A stretch of 63,477 bases of DNA, filler included, from Octopus bimaculoides (GCF_001194135.2; 4 parts of 4 records of this genome joined end to end with filler, not necessarily neighbours in it), one strand, 5' to 3'. Counted from the whole stretch's first letter, positions 12,531 through 26,248 are shown. Notes: generated from the letters alone by a model not told the origin. A program made the numbers and translations.

Positions 12531-13290
12531 ACAAAGTCAAAAGAATGGTAAATTCAAAAGGCTTGAAACATTGTCGAAAAACAATCTTGGTGAACAATTT
12601 GATGTTTATATCAAGATAAATACTGAAGCCAAGGATAGAATTCAGTATTGTGCAATAGTCAACAATGAGTACAGAGTAAAAAGGTGCTGGGAAATCTCAT
12701 ACTGACAGAACTAAACGTATATTGCTAGTGGTTAGTGTGTCCTTTGTTAATTGAAGACAGTAGAGTGTGACCATAAAAATTTGATTACTATTTCTAGAAA
12801 ATCAGGCAACTGTGGAGAGGCTTTATCTTATTAAAACAAAATAAACTTGATTGTTTAATTAGCTTCAGACCAGATATATTAGATCAATGATGAAAGACAT
12901 TCTACTTGTGACTATCCTATCTTTTTGTTTATCAAGAACTAAATTATCTGAATATATCTAAGATGGCAGGACATCATTTAAAAGAGATTTGGCTGATATT
13001 TTTAATCAGTTGGTCAATCATGTAGATGTCGTGTTGAACACTATGACCAGTTGATATACACTGATTTCACCTTGTTAGGTAGTGATACAGCACTAAGAAA
13101 ACTTACGCTTTCTATTTTATTCCTTCAAAGAGATGGTTAGTGTAAGAAGTGTTGTGAAGTTTCAGTTAGTGTGAGAATTGGGAAAAGGAGGAAGTGTTTA
13201 GGTTACATACATAGATGTACTTACATTAGCATCATTATATTAAAAAGGAAGAAAAAAGAAAGACAAATGTGTGAATGAAAGAAAACTTAC

Positions 13291-13437
13291 CGGAATGGAA
13301 ACATACATTCTTTTTCACGGTACAATTTGTTTTTTATAATCTGGTAATAGACACCCTTGTCTTTAGCTGCTTGCATCTCAGCCCTACTGATGCCCTTCTT
13401 CTCGTGCTCCCATACATGGAGATCATCATCAAGAACT
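13291..13437 (-). CDS. POGLUT1: POGLUT1 coding exon 3 (147 nt)
   Basis: ttttctag|A GTT CTT...TTC CG|gtaag encodes VLDDDLHVWEHEKKGISRAEMQAAKDKGVYYQIIKNKLYREKECMFPF(R); human has YQITKNRLYRENDCMFPSR. Phases 2/2. Confidence 0.95.
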
Positions 13438-14404
13438 CTAGAAAAAGAACACACAGGAGATAAATACTGCAGAGTGTAACAGCTACAGGGTGGGACAGAG
13501 AGGACGGACATTTTTGAAAAATTCACAAAATTATTAATTTTAGCTGCAAACAAATTTTATTGACAGCAATGTGTTCATATTGAATTAGCTTCCTTCAAAT
13601 CGTCCAATGTATGGGGCTTATACACATACACGTGCTTTGAGGCTTCCCCACAAAAACAGTCACACATGGACAAATCAGGGGACCGAGGGGACCAAGGAAT
13701 GTCAGCAAACTTAGAAATGAGGCGGTCACCAAAGAGAAGGCGAAGAATGTCCATTGGTGCTCTGGTTGTGTGGGCTGTTGGCCCGTCCTACCGAAACCAC
13801 ACACGTCGAATAGGTATATGGTTTTGTCGTAATTCAGGCACAAAGAAGTTGTTTATCATCTCAATGTTACAGAGATCAAATGTGTATGAAATACACATCA
13901 CAAATGAAAAACAATGTAAATCAGAATTATATGAATACATAAACCCCACAATATATATTATGCACCTTTTCTCGCATCTGTGCACCTGAATGTATATACA
14001 TTACTGTATACATTTCACACACACATACTCTATTCCCCAGTGGGTCTGAAACTTATTGTCACAAAACCCTTATCTGATTTCCAAAATAATCACAGTACCC
14101 ATACTTATATTTTATGGACAACCATCACCAATCTAGTTTTAATAAAAACATTAAATTGTTTTAGAGAAATAATGAATTCGCATAAAAATCATAGCTATTA
14201 ATTTAAAAGTGAATACAATTTGTTTTGATAAGAAGTTAAACTTTATTAAGAGACACTGTTTCTCGCAGAAAACTTTTTCACATAACCCTACGTTTTTGCA
14301 GAACCTGGTTTGAGAAACCTTACCGTATCTTTCTATAGATACACAAACACACAACCACCACACCATAGATACAATGTATCACACACACTATACTATTCTA
14401 CTAA

Positions 14405-14800
14405 TCGCATTCCTGGCACTTGTGCTGGTGGCACGTGTAAAGACATTTGAGCGAGATTGTGCCAGTGGCGCTGGACTGGCTCCTGTGCAGGTGGCACGTA
14501 AAATACACCATTTTCAGTGCCGCTGGACTATCTCCTGTGCAGGTGGCATGGCATATAAAATATACCATTTTGAGCATGGCCGTTGCCAGTACCACCTGAC
14601 TGGCCTTCGTGCCGGTGGCACATAAAAGCACCCACTACACTCTCGGAGTGGTTGGCGTTAGGAAGGGCATCCAGCTGTAGAAACTCTGCCAAATCAGATT
14701 GGAGCCTGGTGTAGCCATCTGGTTCACCAGTCCTCAGTCAAATCGTCCAACCCATGCTAGCATGGAAAGCAGACGTTAAACGATGATGATGATGATGATT
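14405..14800 (+). mobile_element. 5'-truncated RTE LINE (3'UTR only)
   Basis: Ends gacgttaaacgatgatgatgatgatgat; highly similar to the 16520-16800 and 33813 copies. Confidence 0.85.
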
Positions 14801-14897
14801 ATGCAACACACACATAGACAGAGCTATAACATGTCCCTGGAGTAATTAAATATGTTAATCTGACCGTTGAAATAGTGAGCAATAATAGAAAACTTAC

Positions 14898-14988
14898 TGA
14901 ATGTGGCAGCTACAGTTGGTCTGTTTACAAGATTTGTAATTCTTATTAGCTTTCTCTATTAGTGTTAAGTATTTCTGCCATTTATTAC
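14898..14988 (-). CDS. POGLUT1: POGLUT1 coding exon 2 (91 nt)
   Basis: ttttcag|GT AAT AAA TGG...ATT CA|gtaag encodes (G)NKWQKYLTLIEKANKNYKSCKQTNCSCHI(Q), which aligns to human [30 protein letters not shown]. Phases 1/2. Confidence 0.93.
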
Positions 14989-15441
14989 CTGAAAATAATC
15001 AGTTAAAAGCATGGGATCAAGTTAGAATCAAAAGAAATGGATGGTGGTAATGGTCAGGGTTAGCTCAATGGAGAATTCCTATTTATTTTCAGCAAAGAGG
15101 AAAGGTTCTAACAATTTGGGCCCTTACCCTTCAGCTGAGAATGAAAGAGATAGAGAATGTAGTAGCTTTGTTTTGTTTGTAAAGTATGGTTCTATTAAAT
15201 TATACTAACATCAGTTGGACAGGATTGCAATACATTTTGATGTATCCCAATCATGCATTACTTTTTCAATGTTGTTCTAACCTCACTTCAGGATTTACCA
15301 AGCCATTTTCACGACTTTCCCACATTAAGAAAATATCAGTTTGATGGCAAAAAACAGAGTACATCAACAAATTATGTCCACTAGTGCTGAGTGATTCTCA
15401 AGTATGCTTTTACACACATACACACAGTAGAAGACCATAGG

Positions 15442-16235
15442 ATCATCATTGTCATTTAACATCTGTTTTTCATGCTAGCATGAATTGATTGGTTTACAGG
15501 AGATAGCAAGACCAGGGACCACACCAGGTTCCATAGTTTGTTTGGGCATGGTTTCTACAGATGGAGGTCCTTCCTAATGCCAACCATTTTACAGAATGTA
15601 CCAGGTGCTTTTACATGGCACCAGCACCTTTTTTATGTGGAACCAGTAGGATATCAATTCTGCTGTGGTGGGCAAGTTTTCTTGAGTACAACAAGGCACC
15701 ATATATCTCAGTCTTTTCCCACCTCCTTCATAAGGCTCTGCATTTTGAGACCAGCCTTCAATACTTTGTTCCATATCTTTCTGGGTCTCTTTCTCCCAGA
15801 ACTTCCCTCCATTTTAAGTGATTGACACTTTATGCAACTATCTTCATCCACATACATCACATGACCAAACCAGGACAGTCTTCTCTCTTGCACACTGCAT
15901 TTAATTCCTCTTATGTCTAACTTCTCCCTCAATACACTAGTGCTCTGTCACACATGTACACTGACATTGCATATCCAGCAGAGCATACCAACTACATTCT
16001 GCTCTAGTCTTTACTGGTCTTCCCATTCAGTGCCCACATTTCACTACCATGTAGCATTGCTTTTTGTAGACATACAACATAAAATCTTCCCTTTTCCTGG
16101 AGAGAGAGAGAGAGAGAGAGACCTTTCGTTGCCAACATAGGTAAAACTCTCAACTTTCTCCATCCTTTTCTTATTATAGTAATCATACTTTCGGTACACC
16201 TTCCTCCACTAATTAGGATACCTAAACACACGCAC
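15442..16235 (-). mobile_element. Diverged RTE LINE with RT C-terminal remnant
   Basis: ORF pieces AMLHGSEMW and VQERRLSWFGHVMYVDEDSCIK...GRKRPRKIW, followed by a 3'UTR and a decayed (GAT)n tail. Confidence 0.85.
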
Positions 16236-16519
16236 TATTTATTTAGTTATTTATTTTAGGTTTACTGCTGTTTCAGATATTTCAGTGCATTCATGGATCA
16301 ATCTTATCAATTGATCAGTATGATCGATCCATGAACACATCCAAACACACACAACGGCCTTCATCCAGTTTTTGTCTACCAAATCCACTCACAAAGCTTT
16401 GATCAACCCAGGGTTATAATAGAAGACAGTTGCTGAAGGTGCCATCATGCAGTGGAACTGAACCTGGAACCTTTTGGCTTAAACTTCATTGCATATATAT
16501 TAAATACACCATTTCGTTG

Positions 16520-16800
16520 CCAGGTGCCCCTGGACTGGCCCTTGTGCAGGTGGTACATAAAATATACCATTTTAAGCGCAGCCGTTGCCAGTACCGCCTG
16601 ACTGGCCTTCGTGCTGGTGGCACGTAAAAGCACCCACTACACTCTCGGAGTGGTTGGCGTTAGGAAGGGCATCCAGCTGTAGAAACTCTGCCAAATCAGA
16701 TTGGAGCCTGGTGTAGCCACCTGGTTCACCAGTCTTCAGTCAAATCGTCTAACCCATGCTAGCATAGAAAGCGGACGTTAAACGATGATGTTGATGATGA
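16520..16800 (+). mobile_element. 5'-truncated RTE LINE 3'UTR
   Basis: Near-identical to 14560-14800; (GAT)n tail. Confidence 0.85.
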
Positions 16801-17357
16801 TATAAAACAAAATAAATAAGTATTAAATCTATTTCTACAAAGATTAGCTAAAACAGTAAAATGGATGAGAGAGAACAGGTGATACATAAATAAAATAAAA
16901 ACAAAAGAAACATCCATAATTAAGAGGCAATGATCCTATTTCACTTCCACCATACTCAAACACACAAATCCCAGTGGGAACTGAACATTAACATTTGTTG
17001 ACTATAATGAGACAATATGTTAGAATAATTCATGAGTAAACACCAAAGTAATCCTTCAATTCCTGTTGTTGACAAAGTAGAAGTATATTTGTCCCTGTTT
17101 AAAAACTAAACTGGCACAGTCACCTCCTCCTCACTAATCAAAATGTTTATTCTGAGTCAATAAGAGCACACCCATAATCTCCAACAACCAGGGATATAGC
17201 TAAGATCTACCTGGATTATAGCTGTAGACTTCATCCTTTTGTTACCATATTCCTGTTGAAATATTCTTGCCCCGCCCTTTTTTTATTTTATTTATTTTAT
17301 TTTTTTTTAATTTTGAAAAATTATGAAGAATTTAGTGAAATAACTCATTGTGAAACC

Positions 17358-17800
17358 TGGTAGCAAGCTGGCAGAATCATTACTGTGCTGGACAATAAGC
17401 TTAGTTGCATTTCTTTTAATTTTATGTTCTAAGTTCAAATGCCACTGGGGTTGACTTTATCATTTGTCTCTTTTGGGGTCAATAAAATAAGTAGCAGCTG
17501 AAAACTAGGGTCAATGTAATAGACTTGCATCCCCCGAACTTGCTGGCCTTGTACCAAAATTTGAAATTAAATTCAGTGATTAGGCGATGAGGTGGCAGAA
17601 TTGTTAGTGCATTGGACAAAATGCTTAGTGGTATTTCATCCATCTTTACATTCTGAGTTCAAATTCTGCCAAGTTTGACTTTACCTTTTATCCTTTCAGG
17701 GTCGATAAAAAAAAGTACTAGTTGGGCACTAGAGTCAATGTAATCAGCTAGACCCCCACCAACTCAAATTCCAGGCCTTGTGCCTATAGTAGAAAGGGAT
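17358..17800 (+). mobile_element. Two tandem family A SINE copies
   Basis: Two successive heads (gcaagctggcagaatc and gaggtggcagaattgttag), each followed by the gtcgataaaa...gtaccag-like core and an ggccttgtgcc tail. Confidence 0.75.
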
Positions 17801-17859
17801 TATAAAACCTGGTGTTTAGAACATAAATTAACATGACACTTTGATAGATTTAAATTTTG

Positions 17860-18325
17860 ATCACTTCAAAGCAGTAAGGAGATGACAGAGGACCAAGATA
17901 TGTAGCACATTGCTGTACTCCAGAAGACCTGCCCACCACACCAAAATCGAGATCTTAAAACCAAGGTTCCACACAAAAAAGCACTGGCGACAGTGACACG
18001 CAAAAAAGCACTGGTGCCACGTAGAAAGCACTGGTGCTGGAGTCAAGTAGAAAGCACTGGTTCTGGTGCCACGTAGAAAGCACTGGTTCTGGTGCCACGT
18101 AGAAAGCACTGGTTCTGGTGCCACGTAGAAAGCATTGGTGCTGTTGCTACATAAAAAGCACCCAGTACACACTGTAAAGTGTTTAGCATTAGGAAGGGCA
18201 TCCAGCTGAAGAAAGCAAGCCAAAACAGACTATGGAACTTAGTGTGGTCCCTGGCTTTGCCAGTTCCTGTCAAGCCATACAACCCATGCTGACAAAGAAA
18301 ATGGATGTTAACTGATGATGATGGT
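17860..18325 (+). mobile_element. RTE-related 3'UTR variant containing a 26-bp minisatellite
   Basis: Shares aaaagcacc...taggaagggcatccagc...aacccatgc with the RTE 3' end and finishes in gatgatgatg. Confidence 0.65.
17977..18160 (+). repeat. 26-bp minisatellite (GTAGAAAGCACTGGTTCTGGTGCCAC)n
   Basis: Three identical units at ~18047-18124, with diverged units on both sides. Confidence 0.9.
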
Positions 18326-18668
18326 GTATCATAGGACCAAGGGCAGTCTCAGGCAAGTTCATATCAAAAGGGTTACATTTCATATAATTCTTATCATATA
18401 TAAGTTAACCAAATTAGGAAAGGCAGCACAACTGACCCTTAGCAAGCCCACTCTCTGAATAGTAAAATTGATGATCTAATATGATGCCTAGCAGCTTGAC
18501 CATCAGCAGAAAAACATATGGAAGATGTTTACAACAAAATGAATTCTGTTGAAGGTACCCAAAGATCAGATAATGATGACAAATTATAAGTTTTGTTAGT
18601 ATCAAACATGATTAGGTAGTAGATCAATAAATGAAGATATGTATTATAACGATGACTTTTGGGTTTAA

Positions 18669-18888
18669 CCCTTTAGCATTCAAACCAGCAACATCCAGCC
18701 AAAATATTTAATCTCTTTTATGTTGAAACTGGCCAAATCCAGCTTCTCACCTCAATCCAACAATGTTATTTGAACACTAAACAATCACATCATTGGAATC
18801 TCAAAACTATTACATAATGCAGGATTAGTTCAAAACAATATAAATAGACAAACATTATTTTTGACAGAATAATCTGAATACTAAAGGG
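18669..18888. mobile_element. piggyBac-like MITE with TTAA TSD
   Basis: TTAA|CCCTTTAGCATTCA...TGAATACTAAAGGG|TTAA. Partial relatives at ~5780-5905, ~23985-24128 and ~59066-59250. Confidence 0.8.
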
Positions 18889-20416
18889 TTAATAAGTATA
18901 TAGCAATGGTGTCCAAACTGCAGCTCCCTGGGATAATAGCCAATACACACAGGCAAGGAGATCAAGGTTAATGGATCAGATACTGTTATCAAGAACCATC
19001 AAGAAAAGATAGGTCTCCTAACTGGCATCAGTCCCAACAGAGGATAATATATTTTGAAAAGAGTGGCAGAAATTATCCAAATATAAAGATTTGGAAATAA
19101 AAATAACCTGAATGTGGGGCCTGAAAGCAGAAACAATCCCTGTAATAGTTGCTTTGGGAATGATATTTTCTATGGCCAGATGCCCTTCCTGTTGCCAACC
19201 CTCACCTGTTTCTAAACAAGGTGATATTTCCCTGTAGCCAGACATGTTTTTGCAGAATATTGGAAATAAATGACTGCTTTTATGACCATCATTTACAACT
19301 AACAATCGATCTCAAGAAAAGGAGACTCACTCACACAATGAGCTTCTACCAAATCCACTCATAAGGCTTTTGCCAATCTGGGACTATAGAAGACACCTGC
19401 CCAAAGTACCATGCAGGGGACTAAACTCAGAATTATGTGGTTGAGAAGCAAACTTCAACTACACAGTCACACCAGAACCTATTATATAACCAAAATCCAA
19501 GGACTTATTAATAACCAAAACACACAGAAGATAGTGCTACTTGACCCTGTACATATATTAGATGGAGTTCTTTCCATTCTGTAAAAATAAAACCAAGATG
19601 TAACACTGTAATACCAAAAGCACACAGAGCTTTATTTGGTTGCACAGTGAGAGCATGCAAAAAAAACAAAAACAAATAGTAATGATTTCTTAAGAACATA
19701 AGTCATGTTAACCAGTTTTTGTAGCATTACCATTTATAAATGGGTGTATGTCATGAAAATGTTTGATCAAATTACACAAGAAATACGTGTTTGTGTACAC
19801 ACACCACCACCACCACCCTGGCCAGTTTCAGCCTGCAAAACATGACCCCTCATGTAAACTGATAGGGATAGAGTATTACATTTTTGAGTTACTTTATGTT
19901 CTGTGATTATTGTGACAAGTAATGTTTACACTTGCTATCAGATTAGTGCATTCAGGTATGTATGTATATATATATATATATACAAAGGCTAGAGCTTCCT
20001 CAGCAAACCAGAAATTTATTTGGCCTTTACGGACAGGGATTGTCAACGTGTAAAAATTACAAAATAGTTAAATGTTAAAATTATGATTTTTTTTAATTGG
20101 AGGGGGTCACAAGATCAACATTTGTGGAGGGATGGGGGTTGTATAGACAAATGAATCTATCCAGTACATGAAGAGGGTACATATTCCATTGACCCTCAAA
20201 ATGGAGTTGATTCTGAGGTGGCTACAAACAGAGATAACTGGATACTTAAACATCTTCAGTCTAATTCTCTACCATTACTAACAGATTATTGTTTTGTACA
20301 GAAATGGCTGAAATGCAGTGTGGTAAGAAGTTTGCTTCCCAACCACATGGCTCCAGATTCAGTTCCACCTTGGGAAATTGTCTTCTACTATAACCTCAAG
20401 CCAACCAAAGCCTTAA

Positions 20417-21279
20417 TCTGATCAATAAGTATCCGGACTGGTGCCATAATAATGAAGCTAAAACAGGCAGAGTGAAGCCACTTAGTACAGATTGACCTTG
20501 GACTCTGCTGTGCATGCACATTAAGTTTTATCATTCTAGCTCACTTCTGCTTTTTACAGCAGTGCTTAGAAGGTATAAGTGTAGTGTGTGATCGCTACAT
20601 TGACCATGACAGAGAAGGTTGTCATTGCGATACCTGCTCAGAGGCTTATACAAAGTTGCAGAGTGTGTGGATAGGAGTGTATGAGTGATTCAGACGTTTC
20701 CAAGATGGCCAAAAACATGTCGATAGTGACGAACGTACTGGAAGACCTGCAACCAGCAGAACTGAGGAAAACATTGCAGATGTGCATGCAGCTATAAGGG
20801 GAAATTATTGTATCCCAATCCGTGAGTTATCAGAGGATGTGCAGATTAGTTACGGTTCTGTTCAGTCCATTATCACTGAAGATTTGGGTATGAGATGCTT
20901 GTCTGCCAAGTTTGTACCAAAACTGCTTTCAGCTGACCAAAAAGACACTCGGGTTTCAGTTGCACAAGATCTCCTTGATCATGTTGAGAATGATGAAAAC
21001 TTTTTGAAAACTTTGTGTAGGCCTCTGAGCAGGTATTGCCAAGCTTTTGGCAAAATTTGATGCAGATGTTCTGCTCAGCTTCCTCTGTCATGGTCAATGC
21101 GATGATTGCATGCTACACATGTTCCTTTCAAGCACTGCTGTAAACAGCGGAAGTGAGTTAGAATGTTAAAACTTAGTGCACCTGCACAACAGAGTTCAAG
21201 TTCAATCAGTGCCAAGTGGCTTCACTCTACATGCTTTTAGCGTCATTACTATGGCAATAATCTGGATACTTATTGATCA
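20417..21279 (+). mobile_element. mariner deletion derivative with long inverted arms
   Basis: TIR tgatcaataagtatcc at both ends. HTH region GRPATSRTEENI...IRELSEDVQISYGSVQSIITEDLGMRCLSAKFVPKLL; no DDD domain. Confidence 0.88.
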
Positions 21280-21312
21280 TATACACATATATATATGATC
21301 ATATACACATAT

Positions 21313-21361
<49 letters not shown>

Positions 21362-23703
21362 AACAGGGTGCAGTGAATAAATTGTCGTCTAAATCACACA
21401 AAAATGAAAACAACACTGACATCTCATTTTAACAGATATATTTATCAAAATTATGTAAAAATATCTTGAAATTCTAAAGAGTAAATTTATTCAATAAAAT
21501 ACATGTGTGTCCTTTTGTTTTGACATCCCATGTTGTAAACAAATGTCAGAATCATACAAGCAGTGTTATTTATTTCTGATCTTCCACGAAAGCATATCCA
21601 GAAATGGGGAAATCCTCTCTCTCTGTCTCTCTTTCTATCCATTTTTCATGCTGGCATGGGTTAGATAGTTTGACAGGAGCTGGTCAGTCAGAGACCTGTA
21701 CAAAGCTCCAATTGTTTGTTGGCATGGTTTCTACAGGTGGATGCCCTTCCTAACACCAACCACTTCATAGCGTACTGAGTGCCCATTATGTGACATGTGA
21801 CTGGCAAGGTTGCACTATGTGGCACTGGCACAAGAGTACTATGTGGAACTGACACAGATGCATTATGTGACAGCAGCACAGGTGCATTCTATGCAACACC
21901 AGCATGGGTGAATTCTACGTGGCACTGGCATGTGGTGCATTTTATGTGGCACCAGCACCATGTTAATTAGAAACATGTGAGGAATGGAGACAAGAAAGAC
22001 ATCCAGCCATAAGAAAAAAATCTGCTTCAATGAATTCCATTTGAGGAAGTTAAAACAACGGTGATGCAGAAGGTAAGCAAAGCGAAATAAGCAGATCAGA
22101 GGCATAGCTCACTTGTACTATTAAATATGAGGTTAATTTTGTGAAAGACCTAAGTGCGCAAGTATATTGATATGAACTCAGAACAGTGTAACAAGAATGT
22201 ATCTTGTTTATCTGTCTGTCTCTCTGGATCACTGCTCTCTGTATTATGAAACAATTTCACATAACTCACAGCTTACTACTGTCAACTAAGTAAAACAGGA
22301 CTCCTGGTGACTCTAGATCAGTGGTTCTTAACCTGAGCAGTAATGACCCCTTCAGAAAATTGTGAGCACAGAGTAAATGCTGAAAGGGTGTTGGAGGAGA
22401 GGCACTGGGTGTTTAGAAGGATCATGGGTTTTTTTTTTTTAGAAATAAAATATTGGAACCAGATACAATTTTTTTTCTTTTGTTTAAGTCACCTGACTGC
22501 ATGGAGCTCCATTTAAGCACTGCCTTGAAGGTAGTTCTTAACTGAACAAATAGACTCCAGTAGTTTTTGAATCTGGTTCTCAAATCTTTTTGCCAAGTCA
22601 TAGGGCATAAACCACCAGTTGCTAAGCAATGTTGAGACAAGCAAACACACACACGACAGGCCTCCACATAGTTTCCACCTACCAAATTTACTTGTATGGC
22701 ACTGATTGGTCTGGAGCTATATAAGACACTTGTTCGAGATTCCACATAGTGAGACTGTCCCAGGCTTTATTGTCTGTTTTGACATGGTTTCTATGGTCGG
22801 ATGCCCTCCCTAATGCCAATCACTTTACAGAGTGGACTGAGTGCTTTTTATGTGGCACCAACACCATCTCTCAATGTATTAAATAATCTGGGGCTGATCT
22901 TCCTGCTCAGGTTTCCTGGCAGCATTCCGATGGTTAGCAACTGAATTTTCAGCAACCATTTTTAGCAGGCAAATTTGATGATAGAGAGGTCAGTTCAATA
23001 ACCAAAAACCTGACTAAGCAACAGTTAATATGTACCTATGTTACTAGAAGCACTTATTAGTGATCTGACATACGTATTATAGTAACTAAAAATACCTCAG
23101 CTATAAACTTGTATAGAGATACAGAGATTTTGTTTCCTGCTGTTTATTGTTCCATTTTGATCTCTCCACTCAACAAATAATTCAGGTTCATGACTGTTGA
23201 AATAAAACTGGTTTCCTTTGCACTACACTATTGACAGAAGACTATATTCAGGGCAGATAATATAATGTACTATTTCTGTCTATTTCATATATTCTGTAAT
23301 TTTAATAAACCGTGTATTGTGACTTAGACAAATACATGACTTTTATTTTATAAAACAATGCTCCAGGTTTGGTTAGATATTGATATTGAGTAAATACAAC
23401 ACACAATTGTTATTACTTTTACACAAACTACACTTGTGACAAGACAAATAGAATCATCATCATTTAACATCCGTTTTCCATACTGGCATGTGCTGAATGG
23501 TTTGACAGGAGCTGGCTAGGCAGAAGATTGCACCAGGTTTCACTATCTGTTTTTACAGCTCAATGCCCTTCCAAATGCCACTTATTGCAGAACATTCATA
23601 AGACCAGTTTTTTTTTTAAGGATTATTCACCTACTTCCACTTTTCATAATGAACAGAAAATCAAGAGGAAAGATAGAGAAACATTTGGATGAGTTATTCC
23701 CTT

Positions 23704-23710
<7 letters not shown>

Positions 23711-23786
<76 letters not shown>
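23711..23786 (+). repeat. (GA)n microsatellite
   Basis: Direct reading. Similar tracts at 10977-11010, 49239-49289 and 62145-62193. Confidence 0.98.
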
Positions 23787-23789
<3 letters not shown>

Positions 23790-26248
23790 AAATGGGAAGG
23801 GGGAAACTAAAATATCAGCATTTAGATTACTCTGGGAAATGTAATATTTTTTTATTCACATTGTTTTCAATTAATCATACATTATCCTGTCGTCGTCGTT
23901 TAACGTCCGCTTTCCATGCTAGCATGGGTTGGACGATTTGACTGAGGACTGGTGAAACCAGATGGCTACACCAGGCTCCAATCTGTAGTTTCAAGATTTC
24001 AAAGTTGTGATTATATATTTTTAGAAATGGTATTGTAAGGTAGTTGTGAGAGGCCGGATCTAGCCAGTTTGAATGTAAAACAAGGAGAATATCTGGACCA
24101 GATATGACCAGTTTAAATGCTAAAGGGTTGATGTAACGAACATTCATAGCTTGTTATAGCAAGACCAACAGACAGGAACACAGCTCTTCCCTAATATTTA
24201 CATGTGCTTTAGCCCAAAGTTAGCATTGACTGAGCAGATCTGTAGTCAAAAATGTTCCAACTGTGACCATCTTGTCATGTTGTTAGAAACAAAATTATCC
24301 AAGCATAGCTGAATGGTTAAGAAATTCCCTTCACAGTTATGAGATATTGGGCTCAGTACCCAGTACCCTGCACTATCTGGGGTGAAGTGCATTTACCATA
24401 GCCTCAGATCAGCCCAAGTTTTGAGAATGAAATTGGGCTGATAGAAACTGAATAGAAGTTCCAAGCCCAGCCTGTTGCACACACATCACTAGTTTCATAT
24501 AAAAATTACATTAAGGATACCCATGTCACTTCATAAACTAAATGAATATGCTATCCTGTTGACTGAACATTCATCTTCCATGCTGGCATGGGTTGGACAG
24601 TTTGATAAGCCACAATACTGCATCAAGCTCTACTGTCTGCTCTGGCATGGTTTCTATGGCTGGATTCCCTGCCTAACATCAACCACCTCATAAAGTACTG
24701 GGTAATTTTTACGTGACAATACCCAGCCATTTCACAAACTAATCCAATAAATAGGCTGTCCAATTGATCAAACAACTGGACACTCATTACAAATTGAATG
24801 CAAGAGTCCATTACCATCCACTGTGTTATGTTTATTTTTGTTAAAGATAATATGTTGTGATTTGAGAGTGATTTAGCTGCTATTTCTAGCAGGTTGAATG
24901 AACCATGTAGAAGCTCCCTGGTTTAGCTTGTACTGAATTCATATACTAGTTCAGTCAAAATTAAATATCTATTTCCAATACGTTTTTGTTTTGTTTATTT
25001 TTATGAAGTCGACACCTTTACACATTTTTAAAATTTAGAATTGGTGTAAGGTTTTGTATCCTAGTGACTGTACTGCTTTTATACTTCCCTGAAACCTGAA
25101 GATACATGCCAACACTTCTTCTTCACCTTCTCTCCGACTGGGGTAATCATGTATTTCCTCTGCCACAAAATACCCATTTCTGTCCCTCTACCATACTCTA
25201 GCCTTTCATCATCAGGAACAAAGCCATCTCCCTCAATGCTACTACTATCCTCTGAGTTGAGGGGGGTCTTGTCCTGCATGGTGACCACGCTGATACTGGT
25301 GCTACAGAAGAAAGCACCTAGTACTCTAGCCATAGAAACCATGCTAAATCAGACAGCAGAGCTTGATGCAGTTTTTTACCTTGTCAGCTCCTGTCAAACT
25401 GCCCAACCCATGCCATGATGATAATTGGGAAAGTAATGGAGACTTTTATTCTGGTCAAGCACAGAAAACCAATTAAATCCACTTCTAATATGTTCCTACT
25501 CATTAACTGTCAATGTTGCAGCCTGTTGCTAGCCTTCTAGTGTTTAACTCATTGTATTTTGGTAAAGCTGCAGAACTCTGGCAAATCCTAAATTTATTCA
25601 GTACTTTTGCAATCATGTTCCAGTTGAAAAACACCTTTGTTTCAAATACGAAAATAACGAAGTAATTAGTAAAATGACTGACATTTAGAACATTAATAAA
25701 CATGGAGTTTCAATGGAAGACTTTAGATCTCTTTAAAACAGGAAATTTGGTTCATGGAATGACTGGCAGCCTAGGGTGGGTTGGTATCAAAAGAGTTAAT
25801 CATCATTATCATTGTTGTTTTTATGTCCACTTTTCCATGCTTTCATGGGTTGGCTGGATGCCCTTCCTGTAGCCAACCTTCACCTGTTTCCAAGTAAGGT
25901 AATATTGCTCCATGGTCAGATATATTTTCCATGGAAGATTGGAAATGAAGGACGCTGATCGAATGTTGGTGACACTCATTTACAACTACCATGCAATGTC
26001 AAGGAGACAGTAATACATTCACATACAATACATACATAAATACACATGATGTGCTTTTGTAGTCAGTGGCTTCAGCAGAAAACACTTGTCCAAGGTGCCA
26101 CACAGAGGGATTGAATCTGAAACCATGAAGTTGGGAAGTAAATCTCTTACCACACAGCCATGCCTATGGCTACAACAATTTTCAAACAAAAAAAGTTTTG
26201 AGACAATTTAACAAAAACAAAAAAAAAAGAGAAAAATGACCAGGCACA

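Noticed and set aside
17977-18160. CRISPR-like regularly spaced repeat
   Set aside because: The units are identical tandem copies with no unique spacers, the context is eukaryotic and no cas genes are present.
25079-25418. Overlapping 87/89-aa ORFs on both strands
   Set aside because: They run into an RTE-type tail fragment and show no domain, splice support or homology.
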